DNA of 64,000 bases, taken from positions 207,142,001 through 207,206,000 of the forward strand of contig OZ024743.1 in the NCBI GenBank assembly GCA_964016885.1. Direction: 5' to 3'. Positions 24,901 through 42,900 of the stretch are shown piece after piece (the first letter of the stretch is position 1; every line of letters starts with the position of its first letter). A model generated the notes under the pieces. It worked only from the letters and a program-made list of their open reading frames with translations. It was not told where the DNA came from and made no database searches. The DNA is from Eledone cirrhosa. Taxonomy: Eukaryota. The translations under genes were made by a program, and so were the position numbers.

Positions 24901-27900
24901 TCACTACCACCAAAAACAACACCATCACCACTACCACCAACACCAACACCATCACCACTACCACCAACAACAACACCATCACCACTACCACCAACACCAA
25001 CACCATCACCACTACCACCAGCACCAACACCATCACCACTACCACCAACAACAACACCGTCACCATTACCACCAACAACAACACCATCACCACTACCACC
25101 AACACCAACACCATCACCACTACCACCAATGCCAACACCATCACCACTACCACCAACAACAACACCATCACCACTACCACCAACAACAACACCATCACCA
25201 CTACCACCAACACCAACACCATCACCACTACCACCAACACCAACACCATCACCACTACCACCACCACCAACACCATCACCACTACCACCAACACCAACAC
25301 CATCATCACTACCACCAACACCAACACCATCACCATCACCACTACCACCAACACCAACGCCGTCACCACTACCACCAACACCAACACCATCACCGCTACC
25401 ACCAACAGCAACACCAATGCCATCACCACTACCACCAACACCAACACCATCTCCACTACCACAAACAACAACACCATCACCACTACCACCAACACCAACA
25501 CCATCATCACTACCACCAACCCCAACACCATCACCACTACCACCAACAGCAACACCATCACCACTACCACCAACACCAACACCATCACCACTACCAACAA
25601 CACCAACACCATCACCACTACCATCAACACCAATACCATCACCACTACCACCAACAACAACACCATCACCACTACCACCAACAACAACACCATCACCACT
25701 ACCATCAACAGCAACACCATCACCACTACCACCAACACCAACACCATCACCACTACCACCAACAACACCATCACCACTACCACCAACACCAACACTATAA
25801 CCACTACCACCAACAACAACACCATCACCACTACCATCAACAGCAACACCATCAGCACTACCACCAACACCAACACCATCACCATTACCACCAATAACAA
25901 CACCATCACCACTACCACCAACAACAACACCATCACCACTACCACCAATAACAACACCATCACCACTACCACCAACACCAACACCATCACCACTACCACC
26001 AATAACAACATTATCACCACTACCACCATCACAAACACCATCACCACTACCACCAACAACAACACCATCACCACTACCACCAACACCAACACCATCACCG
26101 CTACCACCAACAGCAAGACCAACGCCATCACCACTACCACCAACACCAACACCATCTCCACTACCACAAACAACAACACCATCACCACTACCACCAACAC
26201 CAACACCATCACCGCTACCACCAACAGCAACACCAACGCCATCACCACTACCACCAACACCATCACCACTACCACCAACACCAACACCAACACCATCACC
26301 ACCACCACCAACACCAACACCATCACCACTACCACCAACACCAACGCCATCAGCACTACCACCAACACCAACACCATCACCACTACCACCACCACCAACA
26401 CCATAACCACTACCACCAACTCCATCACCACTACCACCAACACCAACACCATCACCACTACCACCAACAACAACACCATCACCACTACCACCAACACCAA
26501 CGCCATCACCACTACCGCCAACACCAACACCATCACCACTACCACCAACACCAACACCATCACCATCACCACTACCACCAACACCAACGCCGTCACCACT
26601 ACCACCAACACCAACACCATCACCGCTACCACCAACAGCAACACCAACGCCATCACCACTACCACCAACACCAACACCATCACCACTACCACCAAAAACA
26701 ACACCATCACCACTACCACCAACACCAACACCATCACCACTACCACCAACACGAACACCATCACCACTACCACCAACAACAACACCATCACCACTACCAC
26801 CAACAACAACACCATCACAACTACCACCAACACCAACACCATCACCACTACCACCAACAACAACACCATCACCACTACCACCAACAAAAACACCATCACC
26901 TCTACCACCAACACCAACACCATCACCACTACCACCAACACCAACACCATCACCACTACCACCACCACCAACACCATCACCACTACCACCAACACCAACA
27001 CCATCACCACTACCACCAACAACAACACCATCACCACTACCACCAACACCAACACCATCACCACTACCACCAATGCCAACACCATCACCACTACCACCAA
27101 CAACAACACCATCACCACTACCACCAACACCAACACCATCACCACTAGCACCAACAACAACACCATCACCACTACCACCAACAACAACACCATCACCACT
27201 ACCACCAACAACAACACCATCACCACTACCACCAACACCAACACCATCACCACTACCACCAACAACAACACCATCACCACTACCACCAACAACAACACCA
27301 TCACCACTACCACCAACAACAACACCATCACCACTACCACCAACACCAACACCATCACCACTAGCACCAACAACAACACCATCACCACTACCACCAACAA
27401 CAACACCATCACCACTACCACCAACAACAACACCATCACCACTACCACCAACAACAACACCATCACCACTACCACCAACGCCAACACCATCACCACTAGC
27501 ACCAACAACAACACCATCACCACTAGCACCAACAACAACACCATCACCACTACCACCAACAACAACACCATCACCACAACCACCAACACCAACACCATCA
27601 CCACTACCACCAACACCAACACCATCACCACTAGCACCAACAACAACACCATCACCACTAACACCAACAACAACACAATCACCACTACCACCAACAACAA
27701 CACCATCACCACTACCACCAACACCAACACCATCACCACTACCACCAACAACAACACCATCACCACTACCACCAACACCAACACCATCACCACTACCACC
27801 AACAACAACACCATCACCACTACCACCAACACGAACACCATCACCACTAGCACCAACAAAAAAACCATCACCACTACCACCAACAACAACACCATCACCA

Positions 27901-30900
27901 CTACCACCAACAACAACACAATCACCACTACCACCAACACCAACACCATCACCACTAGCACCAACAACAACACCATCACCACTACCACCAACACCAACAC
28001 CATCACCACTAGCACCAACAACAACACCATCACCACTACCACCAACAACAACACCATCACCACTACCACCAACACCAACACCATCACCACTACTACCAAC
28101 ACCATCACCATCACCACTACCACCAACAACAAAACCATCACCACTACCACTACCACCAACACAATCACCACTACCACCACCAACAACACCATCACCACTA
28201 CCACTACCACCAACACCATCACCACTACCACCAACAACAACACCATCACCACCACCAACAACACCATCACTACTACCACCACTGCCACCACCAACAGTAA
28301 CACCACCACCAACACCGCCGCCACCAACAGTAACACCACCAGCACCACCACCACCACTACCACCACCGCCACCACCAACAGTAACACCACCACCGCCACC
28401 ACCAACAGTAACACCACCACCACCACCACCACCACCGCCGCCACCAACAGTAACAACACCACCACCAACAACAGTAACACCACCGCCACCAACAACAGTA
28501 ACACCACCACCACCACCACCACCGCCGCCACCAACAGTAACACCACCACCACCACCACCACCGGCGCCACCAACAGTAACACCACCACCACTACCACCAC
28601 CACCACCACCACCACCACCACCGCCACGACCAACAGTAACACCACCACCACCACCACCACCACCACCACCACCGCCGCCACCAACAGTAACACCACCAGC
28701 ACCACCGCCAACACCACCACCACCACCGCCACCACCAACAGTAACACCACCACCACCACCACCACCACCACCGCCACCAACAGTAACACCACCACCACCA
28801 CCACCACCACCACCACCACCGCCGCCGCCACCAACAGAAACACCACCACCACCACCACCACCACCGCCACCACCAACAGTAACACCACCACCACCACCAC
28901 CGCCACCACCAACAGTAACACCACCACCACCACCGCCACCACCAACAGTAACACCACCACCACCACCCCCGCCACCACCAGCAGTAACACCACCACCACC
29001 ACCACCACCACCACCGCCACCACCAACAGTAACACCACCACCACCACCACCACCACCGCCACCACCAACAGTAACACCACTACCACCACCACCACCACCG
29101 CCACCACCAACAGTAACACCACCACCACCACCACCACCACCGCCGCCATCAACAGTAACACCACTACCACCACCACCACCACCGCCGCCACCAACAGTAA
29201 CACCATCACCACTACCACCAACAACAACACCATCACCACTACCACCAACAGCAACACCGTCACCACTACCACCAAAAACAACACCATCACCACTACCACC
29301 AACACCAAAACCATCACCACCACCACCAACAACACCAACACAACTACCACCAACACCAACACCATCACCACTACCACCAACAACAACACCAACATCACTA
29401 CCACCAACACCAACACCATCACCACTACCACCAACACCAACACCATCATCACTACCACCAACACCAACACCATCACCACTACCACCATCAGCAACACCAT
29501 CACCACTACCACCAACAACAACACCATCACCACTACCACCAACACCAACACCATCGCCGCTACCACCAACACCAGCACCATCACCGCTACCACCAACAGC
29601 AACACCAACGCCATCACCACTACCACCAACACCAACACCATCACCACTACCACCAACAACAACACCATCACCACTACCAACAACAACAACACCATCACCA
29701 CTACCACCAACAACAACACCATCACCACTACCACCAACAAAAACACCATCACCACTACCACCAACACCAACACCATCACCACTACCACCAACACCAGCAC
29801 CATCACCGCTACCACCAACAGCAACACCAACGCCATCACCACTACCACCAACACCAACACCATCACCACTACCACCAACAACAACACCATCACCACTACC
29901 ACCAACAACAACACCATCACCACTACCACCAACACCAACACCATCACCACTACCACCAACAACAACACCATCACCACTACCACCAACAACAACACCATCA
30001 CCACTACCACCAACACCAACACCATCACCACTACCACCAAAAACAACACCATCACCACTACCACCAACACCAACACCATCACCACTACCACCAACAACAA
30101 CACCATCACCACTACCACCAACAACAACACCATCACAACTACCACCAACACCAACACCATCACCACTACCACTAACAACAACACCATCACCACTACCACC
30201 AACAAAAACACCATCACCACTACCACCAACACCAACACCATCACCACTACCACCAACAACAACACCATCACCACTACCACCAACACCAACACCATCACCA
30301 CTACCACCAACACCAACACCATCACCACTACCACCAACACAAACACCATCACCACTACCACCAACAACAACACCATCAACACTACCACCAACAACAACAC
30401 CATCACCACTACCACCAACACCAACACCATCACCACTACCACCAATGCCAACACCATCACCACTACCACCAACAACAACACCATCACCACTACCACCAAC
30501 ACCAACACCATCACTACTACCACCAACAACAACACCATCACCACTACCACCAACACCAACACCATCACCACTAGCACCAACACCAACACCATCACCACTA
30601 GCACCAACAAAAAAACCATCACCACTACCACCAACAACAACACCATCACCACTACCACCAACAACAACACCATCACCACTACCACCAACACCAACACCAT
30701 CACCACTAGCACCAACAACAACACCATCACCACTCCCACCAACAACAACACCATCACCACTACCACCAACACCAACACCATCACCACTACCACCAACACC
30801 AACATCATCACCACTACCACCAACAACAACACCATCACCACTACCACCAACACCAACACCATCACCACTACCACCAACACCAACACCATCACCACTACCA

Positions 30901-33900
30901 CCAACAACAACACCATCACCACTACCTCCAACACCAACACCATCACCACTACCACCAACAACAACACCAACACAACTACCACCAACACCAACACCATCAC
31001 CACTACCACCAACAACAACACCAACACCACTACCACCAACAACAACACCATCACCACTACCACCAACAACAACACCATCACCACTACCACCAACACCAAC
31101 ACCATCACCACTACCACCAACACCAACACCATCACCACTACCACCATCAGCAACACCATCACCACTACCACCAACAACAACACCATCACCACCACCACCA
31201 ACAACAACACCATCACCACTACCATCAACAGCAACACCATCACCACTACCACCAACACCATCACCACTACCACCAACAACAACACCATCACCACTACCAC
31301 CAACACCAACACCATCACCACTACTACCAACACCATCACCATCACCACTACTACCAACACCAACACCATCACCACTACCACCAACACCATCACCACTACT
31401 ACCAACACCATCACGACTACCACCAACAACAAAACCAACACCACTACCACTACCACCAACACCATCACCACTACCACCACCAACAACACCATCACCACTA
31501 CCACTACCACCAACACCATCACCACTACCACCAACAACAACACCATCACCACCACCACCAACACCATCACTACTACCACCACCGCCACCACCAACAGTAA
31601 CACCACCACCACCACCGCCGCCACCAACAGTAACACCACCACCACCACCACCACCACCACCACCACCACCACCACCGCCACCACCAACAGTAACACCACC
31701 ACCGCCACCACCAACGGTAACACCACCACCACCACCACCGCCGCCACCAACAGTAACACCGCCACCACCACCACCACCACAACCACCACCACCCCCGCCA
31801 CCACCAACAGTAACACCACCACCACCACCACTACCACCAACACCAACACCATCACCACTACCACCAACACCAAACCATCACCACTACCACCAACACCAAC
31901 ACCATCATCACTACCACCAACACCAACACCATCACCACTACCACCAACAGCAACACCATCAACACTACCACCAACACCAACACCATCACCACTACCACCA
32001 GCACCAACACCATCACCACTACCACCAACAACAACACCATCACCATTACCACCAACAACAACACCATCACCACTACCATCAACAGCAACACCATCACCAC
32101 TACCACCAACACCAACACCATCACCACTACCACCAACAACAACACCATCACCACTACCATCAACAGCAACACCATCACCACTACCACCAACACCAACACC
32201 ATCACCACTACCACCAACAACAACACCATCACCACTACCACCATCACAAACACCATCACCACTACCACCAACAACAACACCATCACCACTACCACCAACA
32301 CCAACACCATCACCGCTACCACCAACAGCAACACCAACGCCATCACCACTACCACCAACACCAACACCATCACCACTACCACCAACAACAACACCATCAC
32401 CACTACCACCAACACCAACACCATCACCACTACCACCAACACCAACACCATCACCACTAGCACCAACAACAACACCATCACCACTACCACCAACAACAAC
32501 ACCATCACCACTACCACCAACAACAACACCATCACCACGACCACCAACACCAACACCATCACCACTACCACTAACAACAACACCATCACCACTACCACCA
32601 ACAAAAACACCATCACCACTACCACCAACACCAACACCATCACCACTACCACCAACAACAACACCATCACCACTACCACCAACACCAACACCATCACCAC
32701 TACCACCAACACCAACACCATCACCACTACCACCAACACAAACACCATCACCACTACCACCAACAACAACACCATCAACACTACCACCAACAACAACACC
32801 ATCACCACTACCACCAACACCAACACCATCACCACTACCACCAATGCCAACACCATCACCACTACCACCAACAACAACACCATCACCACTACCACCAACA
32901 CCAACACCATCACTACTACCACCAACAACAACACCATCACCACTACCACCAACACCAACACCATCACCACTAGCACCAACACCAACACCATCACCACTAG
33001 CACCAACAAAAAAACCATCACCACTACCACCAACAACAACACCATCACCACTACCACCAACAACAACACCATCACCACTACCACCAACACCAACACCATC
33101 ACCACTAGCACCAACAACAACACCATCACCACTCCCACCAACAACAACACCATCACCACTACCACCAACACCAACACCATCACCACTACCACCAACAACA
33201 ACACCATCACCACTACCACCAACACCAACACCATCACCACTACCACCAACACCAACACCATCACCACTACCACCAACAACAACACCATCACCACTACCTC
33301 CAACACCAACACCATCACCACTACCACCAACAACAACACCAACACAACTACCACCAACACCAACACCATCACCACTACCACCAACAACAACACCAACACC
33401 ACTACCACCAACAACAACACCATCACCACTACCACCAACAACAACACCATCACCACTACCACCAACACCAACACCATCACCACTACCACCAACACCAACA
33501 CCATCACCACTACCACCATCAGCAACACCATCACCACTACCACCAACAACAACACCATCACCACCACCACCAACAACAACACCATCACCACTACCATCAA
33601 CAGCAACACCATCACCACTACCACCAACACCAACACCATCACCACTACCACCAACAACAACACCATCACCACTACCACCAACACCAACACCATCACCACT
33701 ACTACCAACACCATCACCATCACCACTACCACCAACACCAACACCATCACCACTACCACCAACACCATCACCACTACTACCAACACCATCACCATCACGA
33801 CTACCACCAACAACAAAACCAACACCACTACCACTACCACCAACACCATCACCACTACCACCACCAACAACACCATCACCACTACAACTACCACCAACAC

Positions 33901-36900
33901 CATCACCACTACCACCAACAACAACACCATCACCACCACCACCAACACCATCACTACTACCACCACCGCCACCACCAACAGTAACACCACCACCACCACC
34001 GCCGCCACCAACAGTAACACCACCACCACCACCACCACCACCACCACCACCACCACCGCCACCACCAACAGTAACACCACCACCGCCACCACCAACGGTA
34101 ACACCACCACCACCACCACCGCCGCCACCAACAGTAACACCGCCACCACCACCACCACCACAACCACCACCACCCCCGCCACCACCAACAGTAACACCAC
34201 CACCACCACCACTACCACCAACACCAACACCATCACCACTACCACCAACACCAAACCATCACCACTACCACCAACACCAACACCATCATCACTACCACCA
34301 ACACCAACACCATCACCACTACCACCAACAGCAACACCATCAACACTACCACCAACACCAACACCATCACCACTACCACCAACACCAACACCATCACCAC
34401 TACCACCAACAACAACACCATCACCATTACCACCAACAACAACACCATCACCACTACCATCAACAGCAACACCATCACCACTACCACCAACACCAACACC
34501 ATCACCACTACCACCAACAACAACACCATCACCACTACCATCAACAGCAACACCATCACCACTACCACCAACACCAACACCATCACCACTACCACCAACA
34601 ACAACACCATCACCACTACCACCATCACAAACACCATCACCACTACCACCAACAACAACACCATCACCACTACCACCAACACCAACACCATCACCGCTAC
34701 CACCAACAGCAACACCAACACCATCACCACTACCACCAACAACAACACCATCACCACTACCACCAACAACAACACCATCACCACTACCACCAACACCAAC
34801 ACCATCACCACTACCACCAACAACAACACCGACACCACTACCACCAACACCAACACCATCACCACTACTAACAACAACACCAACACAATAACCACCAACA
34901 CCAACACCATCACCACTACCACCAACAACAACACCAACACCACTACCACCAACAACAACACCATCACCACTACCACCAACACCAACACCATCACCACTAC
35001 CACCAACACCAACACCATCACCACTACCACCAACACCAACACCATCACCACTACCACCATCAGCAACACCATCACCACTACCATCAACACCAACACCATC
35101 ACCACTACCACCAACGCCAACACCATCACCACTACCACCAACAACAACGCCATCACCACTACCACCAACACCAACACCATCACCACTACCACCAACAACA
35201 ACACCATCACCACTACCACCAACAACAACACCATCACCACTACCACCAACAACAACACCATCACCACTACCAACAACAACAACACCATCACCACTACCAC
35301 CAACAACAACACCATCACCACTACCACCAACAAAAACACCATCACCACTACCACCAACACCAACACCATCACCACTACCACCAACACCAGCACCATCACC
35401 GCTACCACCAACAGCAACACCAACGCCATCACCACTACCACCAACACCAACACCATCACCACTACCACCAACAACAACACCATCACCACTACCACCAACA
35501 ACAACACCATCACCACTACCACCAACACCAACACCATCACCACTACCACCAACAACAACACCATCACCACTACCACCAACAACAACACCATCACCACTAC
35601 CACCAACACCAACACCATCACCACTACCACCAAAAACAACACCATCACCACTACCACCAACACCAACACCATCACCACTACCACCAACAACAACACCATC
35701 ACCACTACCACCAACAACAACACCATCACAACTACCACCAACACCAACACCATCACCACTACCACTAACAACAACACCATCACCACTACCACCAACAAAA
35801 ACACCATCACCACTACCACCAACACCAACACCATCACCACTACCACCAACAACAACACCATCACCACTACCACCAACACCAACACCATCACCACTACCAC
35901 CAACACCAACACCATCACCACTACCACCAACACAAACACCATCACCACTACCACCAACAACAACACCATCAACACTACCACCAACAACAACACCATCACC
36001 ACTACCACCAACACCAACACCATCACCACTACCACCAATGCCAACACCATCACCACTACCACCAACAACAACACCATCACCACTACCACCAACACCAACA
36101 CCATCACTACTACCACCAACAACAACACCATCACCACTACCACCAACACCAACACCATCACCACTAGCACCAACACCAACACCATCACCACTAGCACCAA
36201 CAAAAAAACCATCACCACTACCACCAACAACAACACCATCACCACTACCACCAACAACAACACCATCACCACTACCACCAACACCAACACCATCACCACT
36301 AGCACCAACAACAACACCATCACCACTCCCACCAACAACAACACCATCACCACTACCACCAACACCAACACCATCACCACTACCACCAACACCAACACCA
36401 TCACCACTACCACCAACAACAACACCATCACCACTACCACCAACACCAACACCATCACCACTACCACCAACACCAACACCATCACCACTACCACCAACAA
36501 CAACACCATCACCACTACCTCCAACACCAACACCATCACCACTACCACCAACAACAACACCAACACAACTACCACCAACACCAACACCATCACCACTACC
36601 ACCAACAACAACACCAACACCACTACCACCAACAACAACACCATCACCACTACCACCAACAACAACACCATCACCACTACCACCAACACCAACACCATCA
36701 CCACTACCACCAACACCAACACCATCACCACTACCACCATCAACAACACCATCACCACTACCACCAACAACAACACCATCACCACCACCACCAACAACAA
36801 CACCATCACCACTACCATCAACAGCAACACCATCACCACTACCACCAACACCATCACCACTACCACCAACAACAACACCATCACCACTACCACCAACACC

Positions 36901-39900
36901 AACACCATCACCACTACTACCAACACCATCACCATCACCACTACTACCAACACCAACACCATCACCACTACCACCAACACCATCACCACTACTACCAACA
37001 CCATCACCATCACGACTACCACCAACAACAAAACCAACACCACTACCACTACCACCAACACCATCACCACTACCACCACCAACAACACCATCACCACTAC
37101 CACTACCACCAACACCATCACCACTACCACCAACAACAACACCATCACCACCACCACCAACACCATCACTACTACCACCACCGCCACCACCAACAGTAAC
37201 ACCACCACCACCACCGCCGCCACCAACAGTAACACCACCACCACCACCACCACCACCACCACCACCACCACCACCACCGCCACCACCAACAGTAACACCA
37301 CCACCGCCACCACCAACAGTAACACCGCCACCACCACCACCACCACAACCACCACCACCCCCGCCACCACCAACAGTAACACCACCACCACCACCACTAC
37401 CACCAACACCAACACCATCACCACTACCACCAACACCAAACCATCACCACTACCACCAACACCAACACCATCATCACTACCACCAACACCAACACCATCA
37501 CCACTACCACCAACAGCAACACCATCAACACTACCACCAACACCAACACCATCACCACTACCACCAGCACCAACACCATCACCACTACCACCAACAACAA
37601 CACCATCACCATTACCACCAACAACAACACCATCACCACTACCATCAACAGCAACACCATCACCACTACCACCAACACCAACACCATCACCACTACCACC
37701 AACAACAACACCATCACCACTACCATCAACAGCAACACCATCACCACTACCACCAACACCAACACCATCACCACTACCACCAACAACAACACCATCACCA
37801 CTACCACCAACAACAACACCATCACCACTACCACCAACACCAACACCATCACCGCTACCACCAACAGCAACACCAACGCCATCACCACTACCACCAACAC
37901 CAACACCATCACCACTACCACCAACAACAACACCATCACCACTACCACCAACACCAACACCATCACCACTACCACCAACACCAACACCATCACCACTAGC
38001 ACCAACAACAACACCATCACCACTACCACCAACAACAACACCATCACCACTACCACCAACAACAACACCATCACCACTACCACCAACACCAACACCATCA
38101 CCACTACCACTAACAACAACACCATCACCACTACCACCAACAAAAACACCATCACCACTACCACCAACACCAACACCATCACCACTACCACCAACAACAA
38201 CACCATCACCACTACCACCAACACCAACACCATCACCACTACCACCAACACCAACACCATCACCACTACCACCAACACAAACACCATCACCACTACCACC
38301 AACAACAACACCATCAACACTACCACCAACAACAACACCATCACCACTACCACCAACACCAACACCATCACCACTACCACCAATGCCAACACCATCACCA
38401 CTACCACCAACAACAACACCATCACCACTACCACCAACACCAACACCATCACTACTACCACCAACAACAACACCATCACCACTACCACCAACACCAACAC
38501 CATCACCACTAGCACCAACACCAACACCATCACCACTAGCACCAACAAAAAAACCATCACCACTACCACCAACAACAACACCATCACCACTACCACCAAC
38601 AACAACACCATCACCACTACCACCAACACCAACACCATCACCACTAGCACCAACAACAACACCATCACCACTCCCACCAACAACAACACCATCACCACTA
38701 CCACCAACACCAACACCATCACCACTACCACCAACAACAACACCATCACCACTACCACCAACACCAACACCATCACCACTACCACCAACACCAACACCAT
38801 CACCACTACCACCAACAACAACACCATCACCACTACCTCCAACACCAACACCATCACCACTACCACCAACAACAACACCAACACAACTACCACCAACACC
38901 AACACCATCACCACTACCACCAACAACAACACCAACACCACTACCACCAACAACAACACCATCACCACTACCACCAACAACAACACCATCACCACTACCA
39001 CCAACACCAACACCATCACCACTACCACCAACACCAACACCATCACCACTACCACCATCAGCAACACCATCACCACTACCACCAACAACAACACCATCAC
39101 CACCACCACCAACAACAACACCATCACCACTACCATCAACAGCAACACCATCACCACTACCACCAACACCAACACCATCACCACTACCACCAACAACAAC
39201 ACCATCACCACTACCACCAACACCAACACCATCACCACTACTACCAACACCATCACCATCACCACTACCACCAACACCAACACCATCACCACTACCACCA
39301 ACACCATCACCACTACTACCAACACCATCACCATCACGACTACCACCAACAACAAAACCAACACCACTACCACTACCACCAACACCATCACCACTACCAC
39401 CACCAACAACACCATCACCACTACAACTACCACCAACACCATCACCACTACCACCAACAACAACACCATCACCACCACCACCAACACCATCACTACTACC
39501 ACCACCGCCACCACCAACAGTAACACCACCACCACCACCGCCGCCACCAACAGTAACACCACCACCACCACCACCACCACCACCACCACCACCACCGCCA
39601 CCACCAACAGTAACACCACCACCGCCACCACCAACGGTAACACCACCACCACCACCACCGCCGCCACCAACAGTAACACCGCCACCACCACCACCACCAC
39701 AACCACCACCACCCCCGCCACCACCAACAGTAACACCACCACCACCACCACTACCACCAACACCAACACCATCACCACTACCACCAACACCAAACCATCA
39801 CCACTACCACCAACACCAACACCATCATCACTACCACCAACACCAACACCATCACCACTACCACCAACAGCAACACCATCAACACTACCACCAACACCAA

Positions 39901-42900
39901 CACCATCACCACTACCACCAACACCAACACCATCACCACTACCACCAACAACAACACCATCACCATTACCACCAACAACAACACCATCACCACTACCATC
40001 AACAGCAACACCATCACCACTACCACCAACACCAACACCATCACCACTACCACCAACACCAACACCATCACCGCTACCACCAACAGCAACACCAACACCA
40101 TCACCACTACCACCAACACCAACACCATCACCACTACCACCAACAACAACACCATCACCACTACCACCAACACCAACACCATCACCACTACCACCAACAC
40201 CAACACCATCACCACTAGCACCAACAACAACACCATCACCACTACCACCAACAACAACACCATCACCACTACCACCAACAACAACACCATCACCACTACC
40301 ACCAACACCAACACCATCACCACTACCACCAACAACAACACCGACACCACTACCACCAACACCAACACCATCACCACTACTAACAACAACACCAACACAA
40401 TAACCACCAACACCAACACCATCACCACTACCACCAACAACAACACCAACACCACTACCACCAACAACAACACCATCACCACTACCACCAACACCAACAC
40501 CATCACCACTACCACCAACACCAACACCATCACCACTACCACCAACACCAACACCATCACCACTACCACCATCAGCAACACCATCACCACTACCATCAAC
40601 ACCAACACCATCACCACTACCACCAACGCCAACACCATCACCACTACCACCAACAACAACGCCATCACCACTACCACCAACACCAACACCATCACCACTA
40701 CCACCAACAACAACACCATCACCACTACCACCAACAACAACACCATCACCACTACCACCAACAACAACACCATCACCATTACCACCAACAACAACACCAT
40801 CACCACTACCACCAACACCAACACCATCACCACTACCACCAATGCCAACACCATCACCACTACCACCAACAACAACACCATCACCACTACCACCAACTAC
40901 AACACCATCACCACTACCACCAACACCATCACCACTACCACCAACACCAACACCATCACCACTACCACCAACACCAACACCATCACCACTACCACCAACA
41001 CCAACACCATCATCACTACCACCAACACCAACACCATCACCACTACCATCAACAGCAACACCATCACCACTACCACCAACACCAACACCATCACCACTAC
41101 CACCAACAACAACACCATCACCACTACCATCAACAGCAACACCATCACCACTACCACCAACACCAACACCATCACCACTACCACCATCACAAACACCATC
41201 ACCACTACCACCAACAACAACACCATCACCACTACCACCAACACCAACACCATCACCGCTACCACCAACAGCAACACCAACGCCATCACCACTACCACCA
41301 ACACCAACACCATCACCACTACCACCAACACCAACACCATCACCACTACCACCAACAACAACACCATCACCACTACCACCAACACCGACACTATCACCAC
41401 TACCACCAACAACAACACCATCACCACTACCACCAACACCAACACCATCACCACTACCACCAACAACAACACCATCACCACTACCACCAACAACAACACC
41501 ATCACCACTACCACCAACACCAACACCATCACCACTACCACCAACAAGAACACCATCACCACTACCACCATCACAAACACCATCACCACTACCACCAACA
41601 ACAACACCATCACCACTACCACCAACACCAACACCATCACCGCTACCACCAACAGCAACACCAACGCCATCACCACTACCACCAACACCAACACCATCAC
41701 CACTACCACCAACACCAACACCATCACCACTACCACCAACAACAACACCATCACCACTACCACCAACACCGACACTATCACCACTACCACCAACAACAAC
41801 ACCATCACCACTACCACCAACACCAACACCATCACCACTACCACCAACAACAACACCATCACCACTACCACCAACAACAACACCATCACCACTACCACCA
41901 ACACCAACACCATCACCACTACCACCAACAAGAACACCATCACCACTACCACCAACACCAACACCATCACCACTACCACCAACAACAACACCATCACCAC
42001 TACCACCAACACCAACACCATCACCACTAGCACCAACAACAACACCATCACCACTACCACCAACAACAACACCATCACCACTACCACCAACACCAACACC
42101 ATCACCGCTACCACCAACAGCAACACCAACGCCATCACCACTACCACCAACACCATCATCACTACCACCAAAAACAACACCATCACCACTACCACCAACA
42201 CCAACACCATCACCACTACCACCAACAACAACACCATCACCACTACCACCAACACCAACACCATCACCACTACCACCAGCACCAACACCATCACCACTAC
42301 CACCAACAACAACACCATCACCATTACCACCAACAACAACACCATCACCACTACCACCAACACCAACACCATCACCACTACCACCAAATCCAACACCATC
42401 ACCACTACCACCAACAACAACACCATCACCACTACCACCAACAACAACACCATCACCACTACCACCAACACCAACACCATCACCACTACCACCAACACCA
42501 ACACCATCACCACTACCACCACCACCAACACCATCACCACTACCACCAACACCAACACCATCATCACTACCACCAACCCCAACACCATCACCACTACCAC
42601 CAACAGCAACACCATCACCACTACCACCAACACCAACACCATCACCACTACCACCAACACCAACACCATCACCACTACCATCAACACCAATACCATCACC
42701 ACTACCACCAACAACAACACCATCACCACTACCACCAACAACAACACCATCACCACTACCATCAACAGCAACACCATCACCACTACCACCAACACCAACA
42801 CCATCACCACTACCACCAACAACACCATCACCACTACCACCAACACCAACACTATAACCACTACCACCAACAACAACACCATCACCACTACCATCAACAG

